A DNA stretch of 64,000 nt from an uncultured Actinomycetes bacterium (GTDB taxonomy: Bacteria > Actinomycetota > UBA4738 > HRBIN12), in assembly GCA_963695975.1 (NCBI GenBank), contig CAVOIB010000009.1:26797-90796 (forward strand), read 5' to 3'. The notes below the pieces were generated by a model that saw nothing but the letters and a program-made list of their open reading frames with translations, had not been told where the DNA came from and made no database searches. This document shows positions 36,306 through 46,292 of this stretch, in pieces (positions within the stretch are counted from its first letter, which is position 1; each line of letters begins with the position of its first letter). The translations under genes and the position numbers were made by a program.

Positions 36306-37475
36306 ATGACGCCGCGCCAACGCGTGCTGGCAGCGATAAGCCACGAGGAGCCGGACCGCGTCCCGATCGTTCTGGGGGTGAGCAACGCGACCGGCATCAA
36401 GATGAAGCCGTACCGCGAGCTCAAAGAACTGCTCGGTATCGACGCTGACGACCGGTACCTCTACCGCTGGCCCGAGCTGGGGACGGCCGCGGTCGACGAG
36501 GAGACGCTGCTTCGCCTCAGGTCCGATGTCCGGGGCGTCCTCGATGTCGAACCGGCCTGGGTTCTCGAGAGGAACGCCGCCCGCGCGCCGCATGCCGACT
36601 ACATCAACTCGTGGGGCTCGGGCGCCCGGGAGATCCGACCGGGCGAGTGGTTCCCGATGGTATGCCCGATGGCGTCGGCAACGACCGTCGAGGAGATCGA
36701 GGACTACCCCTGGCCGGACATGGACGATCCCAGCCGTGTCGCCCACGTCGCTGCGGAGGCTGCTCGTCTCGCTGCCGAGAACCGCTACGCGATCATGGCA
36801 ACGCCCTGGCTGCTCTTCCCCCTGGAGCGGGCATTCGCCATGCAGGGCATGGACACGTTCCTGATGAACCTCGCGCTCCATCCGGAGTTCGCTGAAGCGC
36901 TGCTGTGGAAGATCCAGGAGCGGTGCAAAGTGCTGATGGGTCACTTCTTGAAGGCGCTCGGTGACAACGTCGACATCATCAAGATCGGCGACGACCTCGG
37001 TACCCAGGAGAGCCTGTTGATGTCCCCGGACATGTATCGCCGCATCCTCAAGCCCATCCACGCCGACTACATCCGCTTCATCCGCGAGCGGACGCCGGCC
37101 AAGGTCTTCTTCCATACCGATGGCGACGTGTTCCCGCTGATCGACGACCTGGTCGAGATGGGGATCGACATCCTCAACCCGATCCAGACCTCGGCCGGCA
37201 AGATGTCCAACCTGGAGGCGTTGAAGGCTCGATGGGGCGACCGGCTGACGTTCTGTGGAGGTGTGGATACCCACCGGATCCTGCCGACCGGTACCGCTGA
37301 CGAGGTGCGCGCGGAGGTCCGGCGGGTGATCGAGATCCTCGCCCCCGGCGGCGGTTACATGGTCAGCTCCGTCCACACCGTGATGGACGACGTGCCTGCG
37401 GAGAACATCCTCGCCATGGTCGATGCGGTCGAAGAGTGCGGGACGTATCCGATAGCCCGAGGCAGGTCGGCATGA
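36306..37475 (+). CDS. Uroporphyrinogen-decarboxylase (URO-D) family protein, MtaA/CmuA-like methylcobamide-dependent methyltransferase
   Basis: URO-D-fold motifs; ATGA-coupled to a corrinoid-protein gene. Confidence 0.75.
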   Translation: MTPRQRVLAAISHEEPDRVPIVLGVSNATGIKMKPYRELKELLGIDADDRYLYRWPELGTAAVDEETLLRLRSDVRGVLDVEPAWVLERNAARAPHADYINSWGSGAREIRPGEWFPMVCPMASATTVEEIEDYPWPDMDDPSRVAHVAAEAARLAAENRYAIMATPWLLFPLERAFAMQGMDTFLMNLALHPEFAEALLWKIQERCKVLMGHFLKALGDNVDIIKIGDDLGTQESLLMSPDMYRRILKPIHADYIRFIRERTPAKVFFHTDGDVFPLIDDLVEMGIDILNPIQTSAGKMSNLEALKARWGDRLTFCGGVDTHRILPTGTADEVRAEVRRVIEILAPGGGYMVSSVHTVMDDVPAENILAMVDAVEECGTYPIARGRSA

Positions 37476-38122
37476 GCGGTCAGGAGGAGCTCCTCGACCG
37501 CCTGTATGCCTCCGTTCTGTCCGGCGACGTCGACCAGGCGGTGTCGGTGACGCAGGAGGGACTCCGTGATGACGTCGAACCGACCACTCTGCTCTTCGAC
37601 GCGATGATCCCGGCACTCGAAGAGGTGGGTCGGCGCTTCGAAACCGGGGAAGTCTTCCTGCCCGAGATGCTGATCGCGGCGAACGCCATGCAGGGAGCGA
37701 TGACGATCCTCCGCCCGCTCATCGTGGCCGCCGGGGTGGAGACGATCGGTAGGTTCGTCATGGGCACCGTCGCCGGCGACATCCACGACGTCGGGAAGAA
37801 GCTCTGCAACGTCATGCTGGAGGGCGCAGGATTCGAAGTGATCGACCTGGGCATCAACGTGCCAGGACGGGCGTTCGTCGACGCGATCCATGAGCTTCGG
37901 CCCGATGTCGTTGGCATGAGCGCGTTCCTGACGACCACGGCCCTCGAGTTCGCACGGAACATCGACTTGATCGAACAGGCGGGACTGCGCGATCGGGTGA
38001 AGATCCTCATCGGTGGAGCCCCGGTCGACCAGGCCATGGTCGACAGCGTGGGAGCCGATGGGTTCGCACCCGATGCCAGCGCCGCCGTGCGGCTCACCAA
38101 GACCGTGATGGGTATCGCCTAG
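37472..38122 (+). CDS. Cobalamin (B12)-binding corrinoid protein, MtaC/MtbC-like
   Basis: N-terminal B12-binding-2 helical domain plus Rossmann-like B12-binding domain with DxHxxG (GDIHDVGKK) motif. Confidence 0.8.
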   Translation: MSGQEELLDRLYASVLSGDVDQAVSVTQEGLRDDVEPTTLLFDAMIPALEEVGRRFETGEVFLPEMLIAANAMQGAMTILRPLIVAAGVETIGRFVMGTVAGDIHDVGKKLCNVMLEGAGFEVIDLGINVPGRAFVDAIHELRPDVVGMSAFLTTTALEFARNIDLIEQAGLRDRVKILIGGAPVDQAMVDSVGADGFAPDASAAVRLTKTVMGIA

Positions 38123-38202
38123 CGCGTGACCAGCGAGGCACCGCGCAAGCGCGCGGCGCCTCCATCCACAGACCGCTCACGCGACACCATCCTCGCCTCC
38201 TG

Positions 38203-38225
38203 CCCAGCCGCATATGCAGGCTGGG
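38203..38225 (+). terminator. Hairpin CCCAGCC-GCATATGCA-GGCTGGG downstream of the corrinoid-protein gene
   Basis: 7-bp GC stem; no T-tract. Confidence 0.3.
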
Positions 38226-38612
38226 CCCGTCAGCGGCCGGGTGGTGCAAACCGAACGAAGGATCAGCAGGAGACGTACGACCATCGCGCCCCGGAATGAC
38301 CGACAGCCGTCTATCGGGTGGCCGGCCGCTCGGATACGGTGACCTTCTGCTCACAGGAAGGACCCTTTGGGATCAACCCGCACCCCAACGAACCGCTCGA
38401 CGGCCGGTCTCCGCGACCGCCTGTCCGACGCCGAGCCGCTCCGATACGTCAATCTCGACAGCCAGCTGCGACGAGCGGTGTCCGATCGTCTCGTACTTCA
38501 AGCCGAAGAGGAGCGTCGGGCGACCGGGCGTCGCTCCGCCCGTCGCCGTTAGCGCCTCGGGCCAGCAACCAGCGCGGCTCCAGATCGGTTACGCCCGATA
38601 GACTCACGGGCC

Positions 38613-39959
38613 ATGAGCCCGCTCCGACGTCTGGTTCCGCTCGTCCTGATCCTGAGTCTGGTCGTCGAGGCGCGCGGCGTCCCTGCAAGGGCCACGACCA
38701 TCGTCCGGAACCCCGGTGAGCCTTCGTACGTGGTCTCGCTCGGTGGCGGGCCACTCGGTCACTCGTGGCGCGGGACGGAGCGCATCTCGTTCACCAACCT
38801 CGATGTCGAGCCACTCACCGGGATCTGGCTCCGGCTCTGGTCGAACGGCGTCAACGGCTGTGGGGTCCAAGCGATCATGGTCACCGACGTCTCGGGCGGC
38901 ACGATGGGAGGCCTCTCCCGCAACTGCACCGCATTGCCCGTCGACCTGCCGGCGCCACTCGCCCAGGGTGAACGGACGACGATCGAGATGCGCCTGTCGA
39001 TCGACCTTCCCCAGCGGAACGACCGGTTCGGCTACCACGCGGGGATGGCGCTCCTCGGAACGGCACTCCCGACGCTTGCGATACACGACGATCTCGGGTG
39101 GCACCTCGACCCGTTCGTGGACCTGGGCGAGAGCTACTACTCGATCGTGGGCAGCTACCTGGTGACGCTGGATGTGCCGATCGGCTTGGACACGCCGACC
39201 ACCGGCGTCGCCGTCTCGTCCCAGATCGATGGCCACCGCCGCATCACGACGTACGAAGCCCACAACGTCCGTGATTTCGAATGGGCTGCAGGGCACCTAG
39301 CGACGGTGAGGGCTCGGGCGGGAAGCACGCAGGTCGTGGTCTCGTACCGGCCGCGCCAGCTTTCACGCGCGCAGGGGCGTGCCGCTCTCGGGTACGCCGT
39401 ACGTTCGCTCAACACCTATTCGGTCGCCTTCGGCAGGTTCCCGTATCCGGAGATGGACGTCGTCCTGACGGGGTTCACGGCGTTCGGCGGGATGGAGTAT
39501 CCGACGATCATCTTCACGGATCGCGACAAGCTCACGCTCGCGCACGAACTCGCGCACCAGTACTTCTACGGGATCGTAGGGGACGACGAGTTCCACGCAC
39601 CCTGGCTCGATGAATCGTTCGCGACCTGGGTCTCGTACCTGCCGTTCGGGGCGTGGAAGGCGTGTGCGTACTATCCGTGGCCGTCGGACACCGCTCGCAT
39701 CACGAACGACATGGCGTATTGGGCCACCAGACTCGGCGAGTACTCCACCGTCTACGACGGCGGCGGTTGTCTGTTGGCGAACCTCGCTGACCGCTTCGGC
39801 CTAGATCGGTTCGGGGATATCCTGCGCGACTACGTGCAGGCCCACTGGTTCGGCGTCAGCCGGACCGGTGAGTTCAAGGCGGCGATCGAGGCGGCCGCGA
39901 TCGCGGACGGCCTGAGCTTCGACCCGGCCACCTATTGGGCGGACTGGCGGGTGGACTGA
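38613..39959 (+). CDS. Secreted M1-family (gluzincin) metallopeptidase
   Basis: Signal peptide; HELAHQ HExxH motif with a downstream E; GxMEY-like GGMEYP. Confidence 0.8.
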   Translation: MSPLRRLVPLVLILSLVVEARGVPARATTIVRNPGEPSYVVSLGGGPLGHSWRGTERISFTNLDVEPLTGIWLRLWSNGVNGCGVQAIMVTDVSGGTMGGLSRNCTALPVDLPAPLAQGERTTIEMRLSIDLPQRNDRFGYHAGMALLGTALPTLAIHDDLGWHLDPFVDLGESYYSIVGSYLVTLDVPIGLDTPTTGVAVSSQIDGHRRITTYEAHNVRDFEWAAGHLATVRARAGSTQVVVSYRPRQLSRAQGRAALGYAVRSLNTYSVAFGRFPYPEMDVVLTGFTAFGGMEYPTIIFTDRDKLTLAHELAHQYFYGIVGDDEFHAPWLDESFATWVSYLPFGAWKACAYYPWPSDTARITNDMAYWATRLGEYSTVYDGGGCLLANLADRFGLDRFGDILRDYVQAHWFGVSRTGEFKAAIEAAAIADGLSFDPATYWADWRVD

Positions 39960-40012
39960 GCACCGGGGTCGAGGGCTAGAATCCGGCCAAGCGGTCGTTC
40001 TGGTTCCATCGG

Positions 40013-40459
40013 GTGTTGGAGAGGGGAAGTGCGTTGACGACGACGAAGGAGCTCGTGAGCAGCCTCTCGCAGGTGCCGTTGTTCGCCGACTGCTCCAGCC
40101 GCGACATGCAGACGATCGCGCGGGTCGTCCGCGAGATCCCGCACGTTGCCGGAACGGTGATCGCGCGCGAGGGCGAGCCGGGCGTGGGTCTGTTCGTGAT
40201 CTTGAGCGGGAATGCGGACGTCTCGATCGGCGGCAGGAAGAAGGCCACGCTCGGCCCCGGTGACTTCTTCGGGGAGATCGCGCTCCTGGACGGGGGCCCC
40301 CGCACGGCGACCGTCACCGCGAAGACCGATGTGCAACTGATCGGGCTCACCGAATGGGTATTCCGCGGCTTGATGGTGGAGCATCCCTCTATCGCGTTGA
40401 AGACGCTCCAGCAGATGGCCGGGCGCCTCCGTTCGGCGACGAAGGCCGCGACCGCCTGA
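40013..40459 (+). CDS. Stand-alone cyclic nucleotide-binding domain protein
   Basis: cNMP-binding signature (FGEIALL...RTATV); alternative TTG start at 40034 with SD GAGAGGGGAAG. Confidence 0.75.
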   Translation: MLERGSALTTTKELVSSLSQVPLFADCSSRDMQTIARVVREIPHVAGTVIAREGEPGVGLFVILSGNADVSIGGRKKATLGPGDFFGEIALLDGGPRTATVTAKTDVQLIGLTEWVFRGLMVEHPSIALKTLQQMAGRLRSATKAATA

Positions 40460-40488
40460 TACCCGCGTCGCGGGGGGAGGATGCTCCC

Positions 40489-41388
40489 GTGAGCGATGCC
40501 CCCCGAGAGGTTCAGGAGCTGGCTGACGAGCGCGCCGCGCTCCGCGCCGCGAAGGACTTCGAGGGAGCCGACGCGATCCGCGGGCGGATCGCGTCCGCCG
40601 GATGGGTGGTCGTCGACGAGCCTGGCGGTTGGCGGTTGGAGCCCGTCCCGATCTCGGAGGCCGAACCTGAGCCGGCGGACGCGTCGATCCACTGGGTGGT
40701 GGAGGGATGGCCCGACGACGTTCGCCGCGCCGTCGCGTCGTTCCGTTCCTGGTCCGGAGATCGCGCGGTTCAGTACGTCGTGGCCGACGTGACGGGCGAG
40801 GATCCCGCGTCGTTCGGCGACGACGTGGAGGTGGTTTCGCTCGAGCGGAGAACAGGCTGGGCCACAGCGCGCAACGCGGGCCTCGAGCGAACACGTGGTC
40901 GGATCGTCCTGGTGATGGACGGCTCGATCGAGGCGACCGGCGACGTGCTCGGACCGTTGGAGGCCGCGTTGGAGGACCCGACCATCGGCGTGTGCGGGCC
41001 GTTCGGCATCGCGACGCCCGACCTCCGCGAATTCGAGTCGACGGAGGGTCCGGAGTGCGACGCGATCGAGGGGTACTGCATGGCGTTCCGGCGAGAGATC
41101 CTGGAGGATGCCGGCGGCTTCGACGAGAAGTTCCATTGGTACCGAACGGCGGACGTCGACTACTCGTTCCGGATCAAGAACCTGGGGCTCCGCGCGGTCG
41201 TCGTTCCCGTACCCGTCGAGCGACACGAGCATCGGATGTGGTTCGAGACGCCGCCCGCGGAACGGGCGAGGCTGTCGAAGCGGAACTTTTACCGGTTCCT
41301 CGATCGGTGGCGCGACCGGTTCGACCTCACGGTTTCAGGGGCGCCGCCTGGACACGACGAGAACCACCCCGGGTCGGAGACGGACTAG
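40489..41388 (+). CDS. Glycosyltransferase family 2 (GT-A fold) protein
   Basis: GTG start with SD GGGGAGGA; DxD-type motifs (VMDGSIE), ED...ADVDYSFR. Confidence 0.7.
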   Translation: MSDAPREVQELADERAALRAAKDFEGADAIRGRIASAGWVVVDEPGGWRLEPVPISEAEPEPADASIHWVVEGWPDDVRRAVASFRSWSGDRAVQYVVADVTGEDPASFGDDVEVVSLERRTGWATARNAGLERTRGRIVLVMDGSIEATGDVLGPLEAALEDPTIGVCGPFGIATPDLREFESTEGPECDAIEGYCMAFRREILEDAGGFDEKFHWYRTADVDYSFRIKNLGLRAVVVPVPVERHEHRMWFETPPAERARLSKRNFYRFLDRWRDRFDLTVSGAPPGHDENHPGSETD

Positions 41389-43382
41389 TCGAGGGAGGGC
41401 ATCGGCGGTGTCGGCGGCCCGCCGCGGGACGCGGAGGACGCGGAGGACGCGGAGGACGCCCTCTCCCCTTCCGAGACGGGCTTCTCGAGGGCCTTGACCT
41501 TGCCGTTCGGCGGGATCGACGCGGGGTCGGGGATCGGCTTCGTCCCGGTGGCGTAGGCCTCCAGGTCCGTCCCGTCGATCGTCTCGGTGACGAGCAACAC
41601 ACCGGAGAGCTTCTCGAGCAGGTCCCGATGCTCGATCAGGATCTTCTCGGCGCGGTCGTGCGCCTCACCCAGCAGTCGTCCGACCTCCTGGTCGATCTTC
41701 TCGGCGGTCGCGCCTGAGATCTTCGGCACGTTGAACATGGAGTTCGCGTCCTCGTGACCGAGCGACAACGGCCCGACCTCCTCGCTCATCCCATACTCGG
41801 CGACCATGGCGCGCGCGACCTGTGTCGCGCGCTCCAGGTCGTTCTGCGCGCCCGTCGATATCTCGTCGAAGCAGAGCTCCTCGGCGACGCGCCCGCCCAT
41901 CGCGAACGCGAGCATGTCCTTCAGCTCGGGCTCCGTGGCGAGGTAGCGATCCTCGAGCGGACGCACCATGGTCAGGCCGAGCGCCGCCGTGCCGCGAGGG
42001 ATGATCGTGATGCGGTGAACGGGATCGAGGTTGTCGCTGAAATGAGCGACCAGCGCGTGGCCCATCTCGTGGGAGGCGACGCGGATCTTCTCCTTCTCGC
42101 TCATCACGCGCGACTTGCGTTCCAGACCCATGCTCGCGCGGTCGATCGCCTCCTCGAGCTCGTCCTCGGTGACCGAGTTCTTCTCGCGGCGGGCGGCCAG
42201 CAGGGCCGCCTCGTTCACGACGTTCTCGAGGTCGGCGCCGGTGAACCCAGGGGTTCGCGAGGCGATCGTGCGCAGTTGGACGTCGGGGTCGAGCGCCACG
42301 CCTCGGGCGTGCACCCGGAGGATCTCTTCGCGCCCGCGCAGGTCGGGCCGATCGACCACGACCTGGCGGTCGAAGCGTCCTGGCCGGACGAGGGCTGGGT
42401 CCAACACGTCCGGGCGGTTCGTGGCGGCCATGATGATGACTCCCTTGGATGAGTCGAATCCGTCCATCTCCACGAGCAGCTGGTTCAGCGTCTGTTCGCG
42501 TTCGTCGTGGGCGCCGAAGCCGGCGCCCATCGCACCGGCGCGACCCTTGCCGATCGTGTCGATCTCGTCCAAGAAGATCAGCGCGGGCGCCTTCTCCTTC
42601 GCCTGCTGGAAGAGCTCGCGCACCCGCGCGGCGCCGAGACCGACGAACATCTCCACGAACTCCGAGCCCGACATGAAGAAGAACGGCACATTCGCCTCAC
42701 CGGCGACGGCGCGCGCGAGCAGCGTCTTGCCGCACCCTGGGGGGCCGAGCAGCAGCACGCCCTTCGGGATGCGGCCGCCCAGGCGCTGGTACTTCTTCGG
42801 GTTACTGAGGAATTCGACGATCTCGCCGAGCTCCTCCTTGGCCTCGTCGACGCCGGCGACGTCGTTGAAGTTGGTCTTCATCTCCTTGCGGTCGTAGATC
42901 TTGACCTTGTTCCGGCCCAGGTTGAGCGCCGCGTTCGCTCCGGAGCCCATCCGGCGGAAGACGAAGTAGTAGATGAGGATCATCACGAGCGCGAACGGCA
43001 AGATGTTGATCAGCAGCGAGGCGAACACGCTCGGCTGGACGCCCTTGTAGTCGACGTTGTTGTCCTGCAGCAACGTGGTGAGGTTCGATGAGTCGTAGTT
43101 CGGCGGGATCGTGGCCGTGAACGACTGTGCGCCTCCCTCGTGCTTGATCTGTCCGGAGACGTCTGAGGAGGAGATATCCACCGTTCCGATGATCTCGCCC
43201 GCTTCCACATGGTCGATGAAGGTCGAGAAGTCGATCTGGGTCACGCTCGCCCGCGTGAGCCAGCTGTTGAATACCAGCAGCCCCAACAGGAGCAGCGGGA
43301 TCGCTAGCCAAGGGCTGAACCGGGGTCGGGGCGTGGCGGATCCACCCGAACCGCGGCTGTTGTTGTCAGGCATACCGACCAT
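41385..43382 (-). CDS. ftsH: ATP-dependent zinc metalloprotease FtsH
   Basis: AAA+ Walker [12 protein letters not shown] and HEMGHA zinc motif; two N-terminal TM helices. Confidence 0.95.
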   Translation of the reverse strand: MVGMPDNNSRGSGGSATPRPRFSPWLAIPLLLLGLLVFNSWLTRASVTQIDFSTFIDHVEAGEIIGTVDISSSDVSGQIKHEGGAQSFTATIPPNYDSSNLTTLLQDNNVDYKGVQPSVFASLLINILPFALVMILIYYFVFRRMGSGANAALNLGRNKVKIYDRKEMKTNFNDVAGVDEAKEELGEIVEFLSNPKKYQRLGGRIPKGVLLLGPPGCGKTLLARAVAGEANVPFFFMSGSEFVEMFVGLGAARVRELFQQAKEKAPALIFLDEIDTIGKGRAGAMGAGFGAHDEREQTLNQLLVEMDGFDSSKGVIIMAATNRPDVLDPALVRPGRFDRQVVVDRPDLRGREEILRVHARGVALDPDVQLRTIASRTPGFTGADLENVVNEAALLAARREKNSVTEDELEEAIDRASMGLERKSRVMSEKEKIRVASHEMGHALVAHFSDNLDPVHRITIIPRGTAALGLTMVRPLEDRYLATEPELKDMLAFAMGGRVAEELCFDEISTGAQNDLERATQVARAMVAEYGMSEEVGPLSLGHEDANSMFNVPKISGATAEKIDQEVGRLLGEAHDRAEKILIEHRDLLEKLSGVLLVTETIDGTDLEAYATGTKPIPDPASIPPNGKVKALEKPVSEGERASSASSASSASRGGPPTPPMPSLD
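41425..41459. repeat. 9-bp tandem repeat (GACGCGGAG x ~3.5) at the 3' end of ftsH, encoding an (SSA)n C-terminal tail
   Basis: Perfect short tandem repeat visible in sequence. Confidence 0.7.
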
Positions 43383-43474
43383 CTTCCCACCGGGGTTCGC
43401 GATGTGACAGCACGCTCCCGGCGAGCGCTCAGGGAACGCACACGTCGGGGGTCCAATCCGGGATACTGGACCGG

Positions 43475-44071
43475 ATGGCCGTGACCGGAGAGACGTCGAC
43501 GCCTACGGACGACGCCGAGCTGCGCGATCGCTTCGAGCGTGACGTGCTGCCTTTGTTGTCCAGCCTCTATGGAGCGGCCCTCAGGCTCACACGCAACCCC
43601 GCCGACGCGGAGGATCTGGTCCAGGAGACGTACCTCCGCGCGTTCCGCGGGTTCGGGGGGTTCCAGGAGGGCACGAACCTCAAGGCGTGGCTGTACCGGA
43701 TCCTCACCAACAGTTTCATCAACACGTATCGCAAGAAGCAACGCGAGCCGCAGCTCGTCGAAGGCCCCGACGACATCGATGAGTGGTACCTCTTCGACAA
43801 GCTCGGCGCGCGAAGCGTCGAGCCTTCAGCCGAGGTCGAAGTGCTCGACAAGATCCCGGACGAGTCGGTGAAAGCCGCGCTGGAATCGCTTCCGGAGAAC
43901 TTCCGGCTACCCGTCTTGCTGGCCGACGTCGAGGGCTTCAGCTACAAAGAGATCGCGGAGATCATGGACACGCCGGTCGGAACCGTGATGTCTCGACTAC
44001 ATCGGGGAAGGAAAGCCCTGCAGAAGGCGTTGTGGGACACGGCGAAGGAACGGGGATTGGTCGATGGGTGA
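43475..44071 (+). CDS. ECF-subfamily sigma-70 factor (SigR/SigH-like)
   Basis: Region 2 and 4 motifs; followed by an overlapping ZAS anti-sigma gene. Confidence 0.85.
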   Translation: MAVTGETSTPTDDAELRDRFERDVLPLLSSLYGAALRLTRNPADAEDLVQETYLRAFRGFGGFQEGTNLKAWLYRILTNSFINTYRKKQREPQLVEGPDDIDEWYLFDKLGARSVEPSAEVEVLDKIPDESVKAALESLPENFRLPVLLADVEGFSYKEIAEIMDTPVGTVMSRLHRGRKALQKALWDTAKERGLVDG

Positions 44072-44318
44072 GGCAACCTATAACTGCCGGGAGACGCTCC
44101 GTGAGATCGAGCGCTTCTTGGACGGCGAGATGGACATCGACGTCCGGTCCCTGCTGGAGCGCCATCTCCAGGACTGTCCCCCGTGCATGCGGCACGTCGA
44201 GTTCAGCCGGCACCTGAAAGTGATGATCGGGTCGAAGTGCGCGGGCGAGCCGGTACCCGACGAGCTGCGGGTGCGGATACGCGCGATGATCCAGCAACAC
44301 GAGCTCCCTTCAGCCTAG
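44064..44318 (+). CDS. Zinc-binding anti-sigma factor (RsrA/RshA-type ZAS)
   Basis: HxxxCxxC motif (HLQDCPPC); 8-bp overlap with the sigma gene. Confidence 0.8.
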   Translation: MGEATYNCRETLREIERFLDGEMDIDVRSLLERHLQDCPPCMRHVEFSRHLKVMIGSKCAGEPVPDELRVRIRAMIQQHELPSA

Positions 44319-44394
44319 GCGTGAACCGGTCCGGGTCGACCGCGCCGAACCCACAGCTTCGGGCTACGATGCCTCACTCGAAGGGAGGTGGACC

Positions 44395-45108
44395 ATGAAC
44401 GAACTCGGAACGATCCTTGGCATCTGGGCGCATCCTGACGACGAGACCTACCTCACCGCCGGGTTGATGGCGCGCGCCGCTCGCGAGGGACGGCGCGTAG
44501 TGTGCGTGACGGCCACCCGCGGCGAGGGTGGGTCGATGGACGAGGAGCTGTGGCCGCCGGAAGCCATGGGGGAGGTCCGGGAGTCCGAGCTGATGCGCTC
44601 CTTCGAGATCCTTGGCGTTACCGAACATCACTGGCTCGATCTTCCCGATATCGACATGGACACGCCGCTCCCGGAGGCCGGTTACGAGCGCGTGCGCGCG
44701 ATCATGGAGGACGTTCAGCCCGACGCCGTGCTCACGTTCGGGCCCGACGGGATGACCGGACACGTCGCACACATGTCGGTGAGCGAATGGGCGACCCGGG
44801 CGGTGGTGGAGGTAGGCAAGCCAGGAGCGCAGGTCCACTACGCGACGTACACCCAGGAGTGGGCCGACGAGTTCGTGCCGATCTACAACCGGTTCGACGT
44901 ATTCCGGCCCGGCACTCCGCCCGTGACCCCGCGCGACGAGCTCTCGATCGACTTCCCACTTCCAGCCGACCTGCTCGAGTTGAAGCTCCGTGCGATCGAA
45001 GCCCACGACAGCCAGGTGGGCGGGATGGTGGAGGCGTTCGGCGAGGATATCTTCCGCCGCGCGATGTTCGCCGAATGGTTCCGGCCGGGGCCGGTGAAGG
45101 AGGCGTGA
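44395..45108 (+). CDS. PIG-L/LmbE-family N-deacetylase (MshB/Mca-like)
   Basis: AHPDDE motif; SD AAGGGAGGTGG. Confidence 0.8.
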   Translation: MNELGTILGIWAHPDDETYLTAGLMARAAREGRRVVCVTATRGEGGSMDEELWPPEAMGEVRESELMRSFEILGVTEHHWLDLPDIDMDTPLPEAGYERVRAIMEDVQPDAVLTFGPDGMTGHVAHMSVSEWATRAVVEVGKPGAQVHYATYTQEWADEFVPIYNRFDVFRPGTPPVTPRDELSIDFPLPADLLELKLRAIEAHDSQVGGMVEAFGEDIFRRAMFAEWFRPGPVKEA

Positions 45109-46292
45109 TGGAGTTCGCCATGTCTCAACAGATGCGCGCGATCATCGACGGACTCGGCGGGTTCGCCGATCTCGGGACGTCGGAGGAGCTGTGGGAGGTC
45201 CTACGGAGACCGGAGGCGTGCGACTTCATGTTCGGCAATCCGCACGACATGCCGCTCCCCGGCTACGTGGACGCGCTCCGGCGAGGGCTCGAGCCGAGGG
45301 GGAAGAACCACTACGCCTACACGATGGACCTTCCCGCCGCCACGGCTGCGATCAGCGCCGGGCTGGGGGAGCGGTTCGGGCTCCCGTTCCGTGATGAGGA
45401 TGTCCACATGACCAACGGGAACTTCGCCGGGCTCGCGATCCTGCTCCGCCTGCTCGCGGACCCCGGCGACGAGGTGATCTTCGTCTCGCCGCCGTGGTTC
45501 TTCTACGAGGCGCTGATCGTAGGGTCCGGCTCCACGCCCGTCCGTGTCTACGCGGACCGAACCACGTTCGATCTGGATCTCGAGGCGATCGCCGGGGCCA
45601 TCACGGCGCGAACCCGCGCCATCATCGTGAACTCGCCGAACAATCCGACGGGGCGGATCTACGCCCCCAGGCTCCTGGACGACCTCGCCGCGCTGCTGGA
45701 AGAGGCATCGGAGCGGAACGGGCGTCGGATCTACCTGCTCTCGGACGAGGCGTACAATCGCATCATCTTCGACGGCCGCGATTTCCCCACTCCCGTCGCG
45801 CACTATCCACACTCGTTCCTGCTGTACACGTACGCGAAGACGCTGCTCTCCCCGGGGTCGCGTCTCGGTTACATCGCGACGCCGCCCAGCATGCCGGAGA
45901 GCGCGGACGTCCGGATCCCATTGCTGATCGGGCAGATCACGTACGGCTGGGCCTTCCCCGTCGCGCCGTTGCAGCACGCGGTTCCAGACCTCGAGAGGCT
46001 GTCACCCGACATCGACTCGCTCCAACGGCGGCGCGACGTGCTCGTCGGTGCTCTCCGGGAGCAGGGATACGACGCGGTGAACCCCGAGGCGACCTTCTAC
46101 GTGTTGGTGCGGTCGCCGATGGAGGACGACGAAGCGTTCTGCAAGATCTTGGCGGCGCACGACGTGTACGTGTTGCCCGGCGCGATGTTCGAGATGCCCG
46201 GGTACTTCCGGATCTCCCTGACGGCGAACGACGACATGGTGGAGCGTGCGATCCCTGGGTTCGCCAAAGCGATCGCCGAGGCGGGAACGTGA
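45108..46292 (+). CDS. PLP-dependent aminotransferase, class I/II
   Basis: TGATG coupling; fold-type I aminotransferase motifs (SKT region YAKTLLSPGSRLG). Confidence 0.75.
   Translation: MEFAMSQQMRAIIDGLGGFADLGTSEELWEVLRRPEACDFMFGNPHDMPLPGYVDALRRGLEPRGKNHYAYTMDLPAATAAISAGLGERFGLPFRDEDVHMTNGNFAGLAILLRLLADPGDEVIFVSPPWFFYEALIVGSGSTPVRVYADRTTFDLDLEAIAGAITARTRAIIVNSPNNPTGRIYAPRLLDDLAALLEEASERNGRRIYLLSDEAYNRIIFDGRDFPTPVAHYPHSFLLYTYAKTLLSPGSRLGYIATPPSMPESADVRIPLLIGQITYGWAFPVAPLQHAVPDLERLSPDIDSLQRRRDVLVGALREQGYDAVNPEATFYVLVRSPMEDDEAFCKILAAHDVYVLPGAMFEMPGYFRISLTANDDMVERAIPGFAKAIAEAGT

Noticed and set aside
43383-43474. SigR-type autoregulatory promoter (GGAAT-n18-GTT) upstream of the sigma gene
   Set aside because: A GGGAAC box is present, but no correctly spaced GTT -10 element was found
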